Shown piece by piece: positions 46,265 through 56,286 of a stretch of DNA of 64,000 nt. Origin of the DNA: Dehalococcoidia bacterium (GTDB taxonomy: Bacteria > Chloroflexota > Dehalococcoidia > UBA2979); contig CAXXDN010000001.1 in NCBI GenBank assembly GCA_963667465.2, positions 928,001 through 992,000 on the forward strand. Direction: 5' to 3'. How positions within the stretch are numbered: the first letter of the stretch is position 1; every line of letters begins with the position of its first letter. The notes beneath the pieces were generated by a model that did no database searches, had not been told where the DNA came from, and saw nothing but the letters and a program-made list of their open reading frames with translations. A program made the position numbers and the translations under genes.

Positions 46265-46852
46265 CTACGCGCGAACCACGAATGTCCCGGAGAGCTTGTC
46301 GTGCCAGGCCTGGGCGTAGCCCTCGGCGAGCGGGCGCTCGGCGTCCGAATCCCAGGCCGCCCAGGCGTAGCTGAAGCCGAAGGTGAGCGGGACCAGCAGC
46401 GACGCAACGGTGCGCGAGAAGCCGCGCATCGCGCCGGGCGGGGCGCCCTCGGCGGTTACGATCCGCACGCGCAGCATCTGCTTGCCGGGGGAGAACCCCG
46501 CGCTGTTCCAGATCCAGAAGTAGAAGAACGGCGCGACCAGCGAGATCAGCCCGGTTGCCTGGAAGATCCGCTCCTCGCGGGTGCCGGGGGCGGGCTCCTC
46601 GCCGACGCCGGCCATCGCCAGCGCGACGCTCGTCAGCACGAGCACGATGCCCCAGGCGAGCGCCTGGTCGATCGCGAAGCAGCTCAATCGCCGCCGTAGC
46701 GAGCAGGGCGCCAGCAGTTCCGTTCGCGCGGCGAGGATGCTCGCTGCAGCGGCGGCCGGGCGCTCGGCGGCGTCGCCTCGCCAGCTCGGTCCCGGCCGTC
46801 CGATCGGGTCGGCGATGCCCAGGCGATCGGCGCCCGTTGCCTCGCTGCTCAC
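46265..46852 (-). CDS. RDD family membrane protein
   Basis: RRLSCFAID, SPGKQMLRVRIV, QAWHDKLSGTFVV; GTG start overlaps the upstream stop. Confidence 0.85.
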   Translation of the reverse strand: MSSEATGADRLGIADPIGRPGPSWRGDAAERPAAAAASILAARTELLAPCSLRRRLSCFAIDQALAWGIVLVLTSVALAMAGVGEEPAPGTREERIFQATGLISLVAPFFYFWIWNSAGFSPGKQMLRVRIVTAEGAPPGAMRGFSRTVASLLVPLTFGFSYAWAAWDSDAERPLAEGYAQAWHDKLSGTFVVRA

Positions 46853-47478
46853 GATGCCGCACCGTCCGCGCCGGATCGCAGCCGGGCGAGCAACTGTTGC
46901 GGCTCCGCCTCGTCGAGCCACGCGACGGCGACTCCGCTCTCCGCCCACTCCGCCGCCAGTCCCTCGCACAGTCCCACGACGGCGGCGCGGGCCGCGCGCA
47001 GCGGCGCTTCGGAGCGCGCCTCCGGCTCCGGCGGCAGCACCGCCGCGATCAACCCCGTGTGGCGCGAGACCATCGAGGGCCCGACCGCGCGCGCCAGTAC
47101 GAACGCGGGCGTCGCGCCCGCCTCGATCGCCGCGCTCCAGTCGCCGGGCGCGCCGTCCGCTGCCGAGGGCGGCGGCGCGTCGAAGGCGAGGCTGACGAGC
47201 AGGTCGATCGGCGCGAGCTCCTCCTCCAGTTGCACGAACGCAGCGACGACCGCTTCGAGGTCCGTCAGGTCCACTCGCAGCGCCCGCCCCTCGCGCCCGT
47301 GGCTCCAGCACTCGTTGAGGATCGAGTTCGCTGTTACCTCCTCGGCGAGGTCGTCATGCCGCGTGGTGACGGAGACGTTGGCGCCCGCCGCCGCGAGCCC
47401 GGTTGCGAGGTCGCGGCCGAGCCCCTCGGCGACCCCGGCGACGAGGGCGTGCCGCCCGGCGAGGTCGTTGCCGCTCAC
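46849..47478 (-). CDS. Atypical SDR-fold protein (no YxxxK)
   Basis: AGVAEGLG, VDLTD, IDLLV; LRAAR at the catalytic position. Confidence 0.72.
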   Translation of the reverse strand: MSGNDLAGRHALVAGVAEGLGRDLATGLAAAGANVSVTTRHDDLAEEVTANSILNECWSHGREGRALRVDLTDLEAVVAAFVQLEEELAPIDLLVSLAFDAPPPSAADGAPGDWSAAIEAGATPAFVLARAVGPSMVSRHTGLIAAVLPPEPEARSEAPLRAARAAVVGLCEGLAAEWAESGVAVAWLDEAEPQQLLARLRSGADGAAS

Positions 47479-48293
47479 GATGCGCCGCTTCCACCGGTAG
47501 CCGCCGGGGTGGCGAGCGCGGCGGCGTCGAGGGCGGAGAAGATTCGCCCGTGTATGGCCCTGGGCGGGGCCGTGGCGAGGGCGCAAGCGAGCCGGCCGAG
47601 CGCCTGGGCCTCGGCGGCGTCGGTTTCCGCCAGCGCCTCGCGCAGGTCTGCCGCCGTGGCGTCGGCGTCCTCTGGCAGGCTCGCGCCGCGCAGCAGGCCG
47701 GCGGCGGCGACCTCGCCGCCCGCGTGCTCGAGCGCGAGCGAGCGCAGCAGCCCGAGCGCCGCGGCGGCCGCCATCGAGGTGGCGACGGCGCCCTCGGCGG
47801 CGCGCTCCCCGAGGGCGTGCGTGACGAGGATGAAGGCGCGCGGGCCGTCGCTCTGTCGCTGGAACTCGCCGAAGGCGGAACGTGCGGCGTAGGCGTGCGC
47901 GTAGCCGTTGAGCGTCATCGTCTGCGCGAGCTGCGCGTCCGAGGTCTGCGCGAGCGACGCGAGGAACGCCTCGTCCGGCGCGCTGACCACGAGGTCGAGG
48001 CCGCCCAGTTCCTTCGCGACCTGGCGCGTGGTGACTTGCACGTTGCGGCCGAGCGTCACGTCCATCGCGTAGGTCAGCGCCTGGCGGCCGCGATCACGCA
48101 GCTCGCGCTGCAGCCTGCGCGCGACCAGGACGCCCTCGTCCGGGCGCAGCACCGCCAGCGCCACGTCCGCGCCCGCCTCGCCGAGGGCGCGGGCGATCGC
48201 CCGGCCGGTTGTGGTTTCGGCGCCGATCACCAGCGCGCGGCGGCCGATCAGGCCGTCCGCGTCCGGCATCGCAAGGCTGTCGAGGTCGCTCAT
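47475..48293 (-). CDS. Atypical SDR-fold protein (no YxxxK)
   Basis: IGAETTTGRAIARAL, MDVT, GGLDLVV, LLRSLALE. Confidence 0.72.
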   Translation of the reverse strand: MSDLDSLAMPDADGLIGRRALVIGAETTTGRAIARALGEAGADVALAVLRPDEGVLVARRLQRELRDRGRQALTYAMDVTLGRNVQVTTRQVAKELGGLDLVVSAPDEAFLASLAQTSDAQLAQTMTLNGYAHAYAARSAFGEFQRQSDGPRAFILVTHALGERAAEGAVATSMAAAAALGLLRSLALEHAGGEVAAAGLLRGASLPEDADATAADLREALAETDAAEAQALGRLACALATAPPRAIHGRIFSALDAAALATPAATGGSGAS

Positions 48294-48341
48294 CGATTCC
48301 CCCGCCGTCGTGCGGTCGCGCGCCGATGGTAGCCCGCGGCG

Positions 48342-49166
48342 CTACAGCACGCCCGTGGCGACGGCGGCGAGCACCGCGATACCGGCCGCGAGGCGATACC
48401 AGACGAAGACGGCGAGGCTGTGACGGCGCACGAAGGCGAGCAGCCAGCGGATCACCACCATCCCGGCAAGCGCGGCGACCAGCGCCCCGAACAGCAGCGG
48501 GCCCCAGGCGATCTCCTCGCCGCCGAGGATCGCCTCGCCCAGCAGCGCGACGGCCGCGCCGACCACCACCGGCGCGGAGAGCAGGAACGAGAAGCGCGTC
48601 GCCGCCTCGCGGCGCAGCCCGAGCGCTCGCCCGGCCGCGATCGTCGCGCCGGACCGCGAGACGCCCGGCACGAGCGCCGTCGCCTGCGCCACGCCGATCA
48701 GCAGCGCCCCCGGCGCGCCGAGGTCGCGCAGCCCTCGTGACTGCGCCGCCCGATCGAGCGCCCAGATCACCAGGCCGACGGCGATCAGCATGACGCCGAC
48801 CAGCAGCGGCTCGCGCAGTCCGTCCTCGAGCGTGAGGGCGAAGGCGGCGCCGATGGCGAACGCCGGCACGGAGCCGAGCGCGATCAGCAGCGCGAGCCGC
48901 GAGCGCGGACGCCAGCGCCCGACGCTGCCTCCGTGCGCGCCGAGGTCACGCCAGAGGCTCGCGCCGAACAGCACCCAGTCGCGGCGGAAGTAGAGCAGCA
49001 CGGCGAGCGTCGTGCCGAGGTGCAGGCCGACATCGAAGGTCAGGTCGTTGAGCTCGTCGCCGAACAGCTCGGAGGCCACCACGAGGTGGCCCGAGGAGGA
49101 GATCGGCAGGAACTCGGTCAGCGCCTGCACGAGGCCGAGCAGCGCAGCCCTCAGGTATTCGTCCAC
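48342..49166 (-). CDS. uppP: Undecaprenyl-diphosphate phosphatase
   Basis: QALTEFLPISSSGHL, PGVSRSGATI, FSFLLSAP, FVWYR. Confidence 0.95.
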   Translation of the reverse strand: MDEYLRAALLGLVQALTEFLPISSSGHLVVASELFGDELNDLTFDVGLHLGTTLAVLLYFRRDWVLFGASLWRDLGAHGGSVGRWRPRSRLALLIALGSVPAFAIGAAFALTLEDGLREPLLVGVMLIAVGLVIWALDRAAQSRGLRDLGAPGALLIGVAQATALVPGVSRSGATIAAGRALGLRREAATRFSFLLSAPVVVGAAVALLGEAILGGEEIAWGPLLFGALVAALAGMVVIRWLLAFVRRHSLAVFVWYRLAAGIAVLAAVATGVL

Positions 49167-49228
49167 CGATCGAGGCTAGCAGCCCGGCGAGCAAGGGGCG
49201 GCGAGCGCCTCTCCCACCTCCGAGGATT

Positions 49229-49266
49229 CCGGCCCCCTCTCCTGGGGGAGCGGTCGGGGGTGGGGG
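49229..49266. repeat. REP-like element (IS110 target family)
   Basis: Reverse complement CCCCCACCCCCGACCGCTCCCCCAGGAGAGGGGGCCGG closely matches the reconstituted IS110 target. Confidence 0.75.
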
Positions 49267-49349
49267 AGGTGTGCGCCGGAGTTCCGAGGGGCAACGAGCG
49301 TTCGCCGCGCGCCGCCTACCCGTCCCGCTCCGCGTATTAGGATGGAGCC

Positions 49350-50648
49350 ATGCCGCGCAACATCCGCCTCGCTTACGGCCGCACGGGCCTCGATGTCGCG
49401 TTTCCGGACGCGGCCGAGGTGATCGCGCCCCACGAGCAGCCGCCGCTCGCCGACCCGCCCGCCGCCGTCCGCGCGGCGCTTCGCGATCCGATCGCCGGGC
49501 CGCCGCTCGCCGACCTCGCCGCGCCCGGCCGGCGGGTGGCGATCGTGACCTCGGATCTGACGAGGCCGGTGCCGAACGAGCTGCTGCTGGACGCGCTGTT
49601 GGAGACGCTCCACGCGGCCGGCGTCGCTGTCGAAGACGTGCTGATCATCAACGGCACGGGGATGCACCGCGGCAACACGGACCAGGAGCTGGCGGAGATG
49701 TACGGCGAGGAGATCGTCCGCCGCTACCGCATCGTCAACCACGACTCGCGCGAGACCTCGGCGCTGCGCCAGATCGCGACGGACCCGCGCGGCGAGCCGG
49801 TGCTGATCCGGCGCGACTACCTCGACGCCGACCTGCGCATCGTCACCGGCTTCATCGAGCCGCACCTCTTCGCAGGCTACTCGGGAGGCGGCAAGGGGGT
49901 GATGCCGGGCATCGCCGGGCGCGAGACGGTGATGTCCAACCACTCAGCCTCGATGGTCGGCCACCCCAACGCGACCTTCGGGATCAGCGAGGGCAACCCG
50001 ATCTTCGAGGAGATGCGCCGCTTCGGCCTGCTCGCCGGGCCGTGCTTCCTGCTCAACGTGACGATGGACGCCGAGCAGCGCGTGACGGGCGTCTTCGCCG
50101 GCGAGCTCGTCGCCGCGCACGACGCCGGCATCGAGCACTGCCGCCGCCAGTCGATCGTCGAGATCGACGAGCCCTACGACATCGTGGTGACGAGCAATGG
50201 CGGCTACCCCGCCGACCTCGACCTCTACCAGTCGGTCAAGGGCATTGCCGTCGCTGCCCGGGCGCTGCGCCCGGGCGGCCACCTGATCCTCGCCGCCGAG
50301 TGCGTCGAGGGCGTCGGCCACGGCGAGTACGGCGCGCTGCTCGCGAGGCACGGCAGCCACCTCGAGTTGCTCGAGGCGATGCGCGGCAGCGCCTGGACGA
50401 CGGTCGAGGAGCAGTGGCAGGCGCAGCTGCAGGCGCTCGCGCAGGAGCGCGGCACGGTCTGGTTGCACTCCTCCCTCGACGAAGCGGGGACGCGCGCGAC
50501 GCACCTGCGCTACTGCACCGATGTCGGCGAGACGGTCGCCGCGCTCGCCTCGGAGATCGAGACGCACGAGGGGCGCCCGGCGAGCATCGGCGTACTGCCG
50601 TACGGGCAGCAGGCGGCGCCGGTGGTGCGCGCGCTGGCGCTCGCGTGA
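49350..50648 (+). CDS. larA: Nickel-pincer-dependent lactate racemase family (LarA superfamily) protein
   Basis: DLTRP, GTGMHR, NHD, IEPHLFAGYSGGGK, GGYPADLDLYQSVKG; substrate not assignable. Confidence 0.88.
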   Translation: MPRNIRLAYGRTGLDVAFPDAAEVIAPHEQPPLADPPAAVRAALRDPIAGPPLADLAAPGRRVAIVTSDLTRPVPNELLLDALLETLHAAGVAVEDVLIINGTGMHRGNTDQELAEMYGEEIVRRYRIVNHDSRETSALRQIATDPRGEPVLIRRDYLDADLRIVTGFIEPHLFAGYSGGGKGVMPGIAGRETVMSNHSASMVGHPNATFGISEGNPIFEEMRRFGLLAGPCFLLNVTMDAEQRVTGVFAGELVAAHDAGIEHCRRQSIVEIDEPYDIVVTSNGGYPADLDLYQSVKGIAVAARALRPGGHLILAAECVEGVGHGEYGALLARHGSHLELLEAMRGSAWTTVEEQWQAQLQALAQERGTVWLHSSLDEAGTRATHLRYCTDVGETVAALASEIETHEGRPASIGVLPYGQQAAPVVRALALA

Positions 50649-51268
50649 GTTCGCCCGCCGCTGTGCCGGCGGTGCGCCGGGCTCGCGAGGCCGACATCGC
50701 GACGGTCTCGCTGATCCTCGCGGCTGCGTTTGACGACGACCCGGTGCTCAACTGGTTCGTTCGCCAGGACGAGCGGCACGGCGCGGCAATGGAGCTGCTG
50801 CTCGGGCGGGGCGCGGAGCGCGCCGTGCGTGCGCACGGCGAGTGCTACCTCACCGAGGACCGGCGCGGCGCGGCGGCGTGGCAGCCCCCGGGCTTCGAGG
50901 GGCCTCCGCCCACGCCCGAGCAACGCGAACGCGTGGCCTCCGAGGTCTGCGACACGCCGGAGGGTCGCCGGCGCTTCGCGCAGTTCGTGGAGTTGATGGC
51001 GGAGCACCACCCCGCCGAGCCGCCGAACTTCTACCTCGGCGCGATCGGCGTGCTACCCGCGGTGCAGCGGGGCGGCCTCGGCTCGCTGCTGATTCGCGCC
51101 GTCCTCGATCGCTGCGATCGGGAGGGGATTCCGGCGTCCCTGATCAGTACGAGGGAGCGCAATCTTCCGCTCTACGAGCGGCACGGCTTCGTTGTCAGCG
51201 CCCGCGTCGAGCTGCCGGACGGCGGCCCCTCGATGTGGCCGATGTGGCGCGAGCCTCGGCCTGAGTAG
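50645..51268 (+). CDS. GNAT N-acetyltransferase
   Basis: AFDDDP, YLGAIGV.P..QRGGLGS, NLPLYERHGF. Confidence 0.88.
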   Translation: MSSPAAVPAVRRAREADIATVSLILAAAFDDDPVLNWFVRQDERHGAAMELLLGRGAERAVRAHGECYLTEDRRGAAAWQPPGFEGPPPTPEQRERVASEVCDTPEGRRRFAQFVELMAEHHPAEPPNFYLGAIGVLPAVQRGGLGSLLIRAVLDRCDREGIPASLISTRERNLPLYERHGFVVSARVELPDGGPSMWPMWREPRPE

Positions 51269-51298
51269 CTCGCTGGCTGTAGTTCGTGCGTCGGGCGT

Positions 51299-53641
51299 TC
51301 AGTTGTCGGGCTGGTTCGCGGCGCCCGGGGTGGGATTCCCCACGGTCTGGAAGTCGCCCGCGCCGTCCGGCAGCCGAGCGTAGCTCGTGCCCTCGTCGGC
51401 CTGACCCTCGTCCCAGTCGACGTGGGCGACCAGCGTGCCGCCGTCCGTCCAGATGCCCAGCTCCTCGTCCCTGCCGAGGGCGAAGCCCGGCCAGCCGTCC
51501 TTGTCGAGCTGCACCTGGAGGTGCCCGCCCGGCGGGATCACCAGATCCGGGGGCAAGGCGACCCGCTTGCCGGCGTCCGCCAGGTCGTCGGCTACGACGA
51601 AGTTGGCGAGGACGAGGTGGGAGTCGGACGAGTTGTAGAGCTCGAACCAGTCAAGCGGATCTCCCTGGGCGGCGATCTCGTTGATCACCAGTCCGACGTC
51701 CGCTGGGGAGGCGCCGCTGCTCGCCCCGTCCCTGCCGGCGTCCTCCGGCGGCAAGGGGGGAGGGATGCCCCCGAAGACGCCGGAGAAACTGCCGGAGACC
51801 GTCGCGCCCACTTCGGCGCTGGCCTCCGACAGCGTCAGCACGCCCTCGCTGAAGGGGGTGAAACTGTCGAGGGTCGAACCCCCGGCCGGAATGGACCACA
51901 CGCCTCCGGCGATCCGGTCTTCGCCGATGGTCAGCGTGGCGCCGTCCGTCAGCCGGGCAATGGGCAGCACGACGGTGAAGCCCTCCACGGAACCGTCGGG
52001 CTGCACGCTGATGATGGCGAGCGAGGCCGCAGCCCTGATGCCGAACCCCGCGGTCTCCTCGGCGCTGGCGTGACCAATGACCACTCCCAGGTCGGCGGCG
52101 GGAAGCTCGGTTCCGTCCACCGCGAGGTAAGAGATCGCGCCCGCTGAGCGCGGATCCGGGTTCGTATTGCTTCGCCAGCTCGTCTCGAAGCGCACCTCGA
52201 CCGTGCCGGCCTCGAGTCCGTCCGAGCCCGTGGCGGCCTGATCGGGAGCGGGCCACTCGGGAGGTTGCGGCGTCAGGTCGTCCAGGATTTCCGCGCGGCG
52301 CTTGAGGATGAACTGGCGCGCGCGCTCGGTGTCCGCCGCCGCCGCCGGCCGCTGTGCCGGCAGGGCGTGCTGCTGCACGACCGCCGCCAGCTCGTCGACG
52401 CTCGCCAGCAGCTCGTCCTCGTGCCAGACGCTGTCGAGCAGCTCCTTGAGGCGGGCGACGTACCTCGCTCGCCACTGCTCGTCGCCGTACAGCCGGCTCG
52501 GGATGGCCGCGAGCGCCAGCACCGAGGGCGGGGGGTTGCTGATGTTGTCGAACGGATTGGGATCGTCCTTCAGGTGGAACGCCTCGTCCACGCCCCACGG
52601 CATGAACACGAAGCGGCCGTCCGGTTCCCGGTAGAAGCGGTAGTTGTTGCGGTTGCCGCTGTAGCCGTCCCAGTGGCCGAGCAGCACCTCCAGCGCCCAG
52701 AACGTGAGGAACCGATCGAGGTCGACGGAGTCCGCCAGCGCCGCCAGGCCGGCCCTGGAGGGGTCTTGCAGCGCGGCGACCACGGCGTCCACGTCCGACC
52801 AGTCAGCGGCGTCCTCGTTGGTCTTCTTCTCGAGGGTGCCGCGGTACTCGGGGGTGAAGTCGCTGACCGTTCCCTCGTAGAGGTTGCCCTCGGTGCTCGC
52901 GAAGTGGCGCGCGAGGAAGGGCGGCCTAATCTCCTCGACGTGGATGTAGAGGCCGAGGTCCTTCCCGTTCACCGTGACCGTGGCGAAGCTGCAGCGCGGG
53001 GTCGGCACCCCCGCGAGGGCGAAGACCTGGTGAGCCAGGCAGGTGTTGATCAGCGAGGGGTCCTGGCGGCTGTTGTTCAGGGTCATGCGCTCCATGACGC
53101 CGCCCAGGGCCTGGCTGTCCACGTACTTGTCGAAGCGGAGCTTGAGCGAGGGCCGGGTGTCGCTCTGCGAGCCGATGAACCCCTTCTTGCGGACGCCGAC
53201 CTCGGAGTGAGTCTCGCCGTCCACCGTGACCGTGGCCGGGAACCAGGTGTAGATGTCGGCGAATGGCCGGGAGAGGCCGTATTCCGCGATCTCGGCCAGC
53301 AGATCCTCGAACGTGCGGGTCTGGTGACGCAGCGTGTCCCAGTGCACGGGCGCGATCTCGATGGCGATGTCCAGCACGCGCTGGAGGTCGAAGTAGGCGG
53401 CGCCTGGGTGGGTGGGGCCGGACTCGGTTGGCGCCGGCGCGGGGGCGGGCGTCTCGCTGGGTAGGGCGGCTGCTGTCGGACTTGCGGTCGGCGGCGGCAT
53501 CGCGGGCGCTGCGTCCCGCGAGCTGCACGCCGCCGCGAGCATCGCGAGCGCCACCAAGCCCGCCGCGACCATCGACCGCCACGACGGGCATCCGTCCGAG
53601 CAGCTGCGCCGCGTGAGCGTTCGCCCGGGGCTACGGTTCAC
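51299..53641 (-). CDS. CotH kinase family lipoprotein with C-terminal lamin-tail domain
   Basis: Lipobox LAAAC, VGVRKKG, LKLRFDK, WDGYSGNRNNY, PWGVD; VINEI...DWFELYN...PTPGAAN. Confidence 0.87.
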   Translation of the reverse strand: MNRSPGRTLTRRSCSDGCPSWRSMVAAGLVALAMLAAACSSRDAAPAMPPPTASPTAAALPSETPAPAPAPTESGPTHPGAAYFDLQRVLDIAIEIAPVHWDTLRHQTRTFEDLLAEIAEYGLSRPFADIYTWFPATVTVDGETHSEVGVRKKGFIGSQSDTRPSLKLRFDKYVDSQALGGVMERMTLNNSRQDPSLINTCLAHQVFALAGVPTPRCSFATVTVNGKDLGLYIHVEEIRPPFLARHFASTEGNLYEGTVSDFTPEYRGTLEKKTNEDAADWSDVDAVVAALQDPSRAGLAALADSVDLDRFLTFWALEVLLGHWDGYSGNRNNYRFYREPDGRFVFMPWGVDEAFHLKDDPNPFDNISNPPPSVLALAAIPSRLYGDEQWRARYVARLKELLDSVWHEDELLASVDELAAVVQQHALPAQRPAAAADTERARQFILKRRAEILDDLTPQPPEWPAPDQAATGSDGLEAGTVEVRFETSWRSNTNPDPRSAGAISYLAVDGTELPAADLGVVIGHASAEETAGFGIRAAASLAIISVQPDGSVEGFTVVLPIARLTDGATLTIGEDRIAGGVWSIPAGGSTLDSFTPFSEGVLTLSEASAEVGATVSGSFSGVFGGIPPPLPPEDAGRDGASSGASPADVGLVINEIAAQGDPLDWFELYNSSDSHLVLANFVVADDLADAGKRVALPPDLVIPPGGHLQVQLDKDGWPGFALGRDEELGIWTDGGTLVAHVDWDEGQADEGTSYARLPDGAGDFQTVGNPTPGAANQPDN

Positions 53642-54915
53642 GAGCCTGCTCCTCGCTGCAACGGGTTGCCCGTGGCAGCTACGTAGAGTGCCCAGGCGCC
53701 GGCGAGGAGCGCGGCTGCGACGAGGAACCCTCCCTCGAAGCCGATTCTAGCGGCGATCAGGAATCCCGCGAAGGGGCCGAGCGCCGCCCCCAGGTCCAGC
53801 CAGGTCGAGTACCTGCCCAGCACGGCGGCGCGCGCCACGGCGGGTGACGTTTCGCCTATGGCCGCATCGAGCGCCACGTTCACTCCCACCGAGGCGATGA
53901 ACAGCAGCGGTATCCCGGCGACAAGAGCGACGACCGAATCGAGTGCGACCGCCAACACCAGCGCCGCGAGCATCGCGGCCATCCCGCAGGCGACCGACAG
54001 CCGCCTGCCCACGCGGTCCGAGAGGTACCCCAGCGGCACCGCCAGGCCGAGGTCGGACAGCCATCTGAACCCGACCAGCAGGCCCGCGAGGGTCACCACC
54101 GCGAGTGACCCTCCGAGTACGTTCCCATCCTCGTCGGCGAACTCGGCGAGGTAGGGAGCGACGGTGGCGATGACCAGACCGTTACCCGCGAACGCCGTGG
54201 CGAACCGCATCAGGCTGATCGAGAGCAGGTGGACCCGCAGCTTGCGGCCGTAGCCCGGCAGGGTGGAGATGGCGAGGTTCCAGGGGCTGAGGCGGCCTCG
54301 CAGGCCGCCGGCGGAGGAGCTCGCGCGTTCGGGCCTGAGGTTGGGGGCCCGCGTGGCGATCACCATGCCGAGCAGTCCCACCCCGGCAAGGGCCGCGAAC
54401 GTAACCTCCCTCGAGGTGAGCTGGAACAGCGTCGCGCCAGCGGTCACCGCGACCAGGCTGCCGAGCCGCTGACCGGAGTTGAAGAACCCCATCAGCCTGC
54501 CGCGCATCGCGGTTGTGCCCGCTCCGAACGCCGTCAGCTGTGCCGCGAGTCGCATGTGCGAGTACGACACGCCCCAGAGCGTGCGGGCCAACAGCAGCAC
54601 CACGAGACCACTGCCCAGGCCGTAGGCGAGCGTCGTGAGGGAGCCGGCGGCAATCGAAGCAACGAACGGCCAGCGCATCCCGAACCGCTGGTAGACCGAG
54701 GCGGCGAGGGCGTTGCTGATGAGGCGGATGAAGCGATTGATGCTGAGGGCAAGCCCGATCCAGAAGGACGCGGCGAGGCCGAACTGGTCGGCTATCCCGA
54801 ACTCGATCGCCGCCACGGGCAGCACGACGTACATCAGGGAGTCGCCCATGATGACCGCGGCGGTCGGAGCCACCGCGTACACCATTCCCGCCGGGATGAG
54901 CTGCCTCATGCGCAC
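53638..54915 (-). CDS. MFS transporter
   Basis: About 12 TM segments, GYLSDRVGRR motif, DLGAALGP. Confidence 0.88.
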   Translation of the reverse strand: MRMRQLIPAGMVYAVAPTAAVIMGDSLMYVVLPVAAIEFGIADQFGLAASFWIGLALSINRFIRLISNALAASVYQRFGMRWPFVASIAAGSLTTLAYGLGSGLVVLLLARTLWGVSYSHMRLAAQLTAFGAGTTAMRGRLMGFFNSGQRLGSLVAVTAGATLFQLTSREVTFAALAGVGLLGMVIATRAPNLRPERASSSAGGLRGRLSPWNLAISTLPGYGRKLRVHLLSISLMRFATAFAGNGLVIATVAPYLAEFADEDGNVLGGSLAVVTLAGLLVGFRWLSDLGLAVPLGYLSDRVGRRLSVACGMAAMLAALVLAVALDSVVALVAGIPLLFIASVGVNVALDAAIGETSPAVARAAVLGRYSTWLDLGAALGPFAGFLIAARIGFEGGFLVAAALLAGAWALYVAATGNPLQRGAGS

Positions 54916-55061
54916 TCCTGGAGCGCGGCTTCGTCGCCGCTACGCTGACGCGCGCTTCCCGCACACTGAGTCCCCAGCGAAGTCGTGACCGTCATCACCA
55001 CCGCCCGCCGGGACACTCACCTGCGCGCCGGGGCTCCAGGGGAAGACGACCGCCGTTGGCC

Positions 55062-55245
55062 GTGCAATCGAGGTAGCCCGAGGCTCCCGAACTGGCCGTC
55101 ACGCGCTGGTTCAACCGCCGGCAGCCCGACGCTGGCCGCCCTCAGGGGCGAAGTCGCGGTCATCGAGGCGTTTCAGCTGCTCTGCCCCGGCTGCGTCTCC
55201 CACGGGCTGCCGCAGGCCCAGCGCATCCAGCAGGCCTTCACCGTG
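55062..55245 (+). pseudogene. Redoxin/peroxiredoxin-like gene fragment
   Basis: APELAVTRWFN in one frame, then TLAALRGEVAVIEAFQLLCPGCVSHGLPQAQRI in another; early TAG and C-terminal truncation. Confidence 0.7.
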
Positions 55246-55265
55246 GGCCTCGCGGCTGCTCCCGG

Positions 55266-56093
55266 CTAGCCCTGCTGCAGCTCCTGGACCACGCCGCGCA
55301 TGTACTCGGCGTCGTGGAAGCGGGGGGTGCGCCGCTCCGAGAAGGCGCGCACCGCCTCGCGGTGCTCGGGAGTCTGCAGCGCGGCGTCGAACTCCACGCG
55401 CGAGTTCTGCTCGGTCGCATCCAGGGTGGGCGCGAACAGGTCGTCGAACGTCATCTTCTTGACCGTGCGCAGCGTCGAGGCGGGGTTCGCGGCGATCTCC
55501 TGGCCGAGCGCGATCGCCTCGGGCAGCAGCTGGTCGGGCTCGACCAGGCGGTGCACCAGGCCCAGCTCGAGGGCGTCCTGCGCGCTGTAGATCCGGCCCG
55601 TCAGCATCATCTCCTTCGCGTTGTGGAGGCCGATCACCCGGGGCAGCATCCACGAGGAGCTGACCTCCGGCGTCAGCCCGATCGCCGCGAAGCGCATCGA
55701 GAAGCGCGCCTCCGTCGACGCCACGATCGCGTCGTACCAGAGGATCGAGGTCAGCCCGATGCCGAGCGCGATCCCGTTGACCGCGGCGATCAACGGCTTG
55801 CACTCGACAGCGAGGAACTCGGGCGTCCAGGGGTGCGCGCCCGGCGGCCGCTGCTGCGGGCGGTCGAAGTCGCCGGCCATGCGTGCGCTCAGGTCGGCGC
55901 CGGAGCTGTACGCGCGGCCGTTGCCGGTCGTCACGATCGCGCCGATGCCGGGGTCTCCGTTGAACTCCTCAAGCGCCTCGCGGATCTCGCCGGCGAGCTC
56001 GGCGCCGAAGGCGTTCATCCGCTCCGGCCGGTTGAAGCGCACGATGCCGACGCGCCCTTCGCGTGCTACCTCGATGAACTCCCAGTCGGCCAT
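55266..56093 (-). CDS. Enoyl-CoA hydratase/isomerase
   Basis: FNRPERMNA, AYSSGADL, KPLIAAVNG, GLTPE, EHREAVRAF. Confidence 0.9.
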   Translation of the reverse strand: MADWEFIEVAREGRVGIVRFNRPERMNAFGAELAGEIREALEEFNGDPGIGAIVTTGNGRAYSSGADLSARMAGDFDRPQQRPPGAHPWTPEFLAVECKPLIAAVNGIALGIGLTSILWYDAIVASTEARFSMRFAAIGLTPEVSSSWMLPRVIGLHNAKEMMLTGRIYSAQDALELGLVHRLVEPDQLLPEAIALGQEIAANPASTLRTVKKMTFDDLFAPTLDATEQNSRVEFDAALQTPEHREAVRAFSERRTPRFHDAEYMRGVVQELQQG

Positions 56094-56286
56094 GTCGGGC
56101 TCCTCTCTCGCCTCTGCGGTAGCGCGCATCATGCCACGCCGCCTCGGGGGCCGGGCCGGCCCTCGGAAGGTAGTATGTGCGCGTCGGCGGTCTTCGCGGC
56201 CGGTGACGATCGTCTCGTCGCACGGGAACGAAGTCAGGAATCGGCGCCGCACCAGGGGCGCCGTCCGGAGCACGCCGGGAGGCTCG

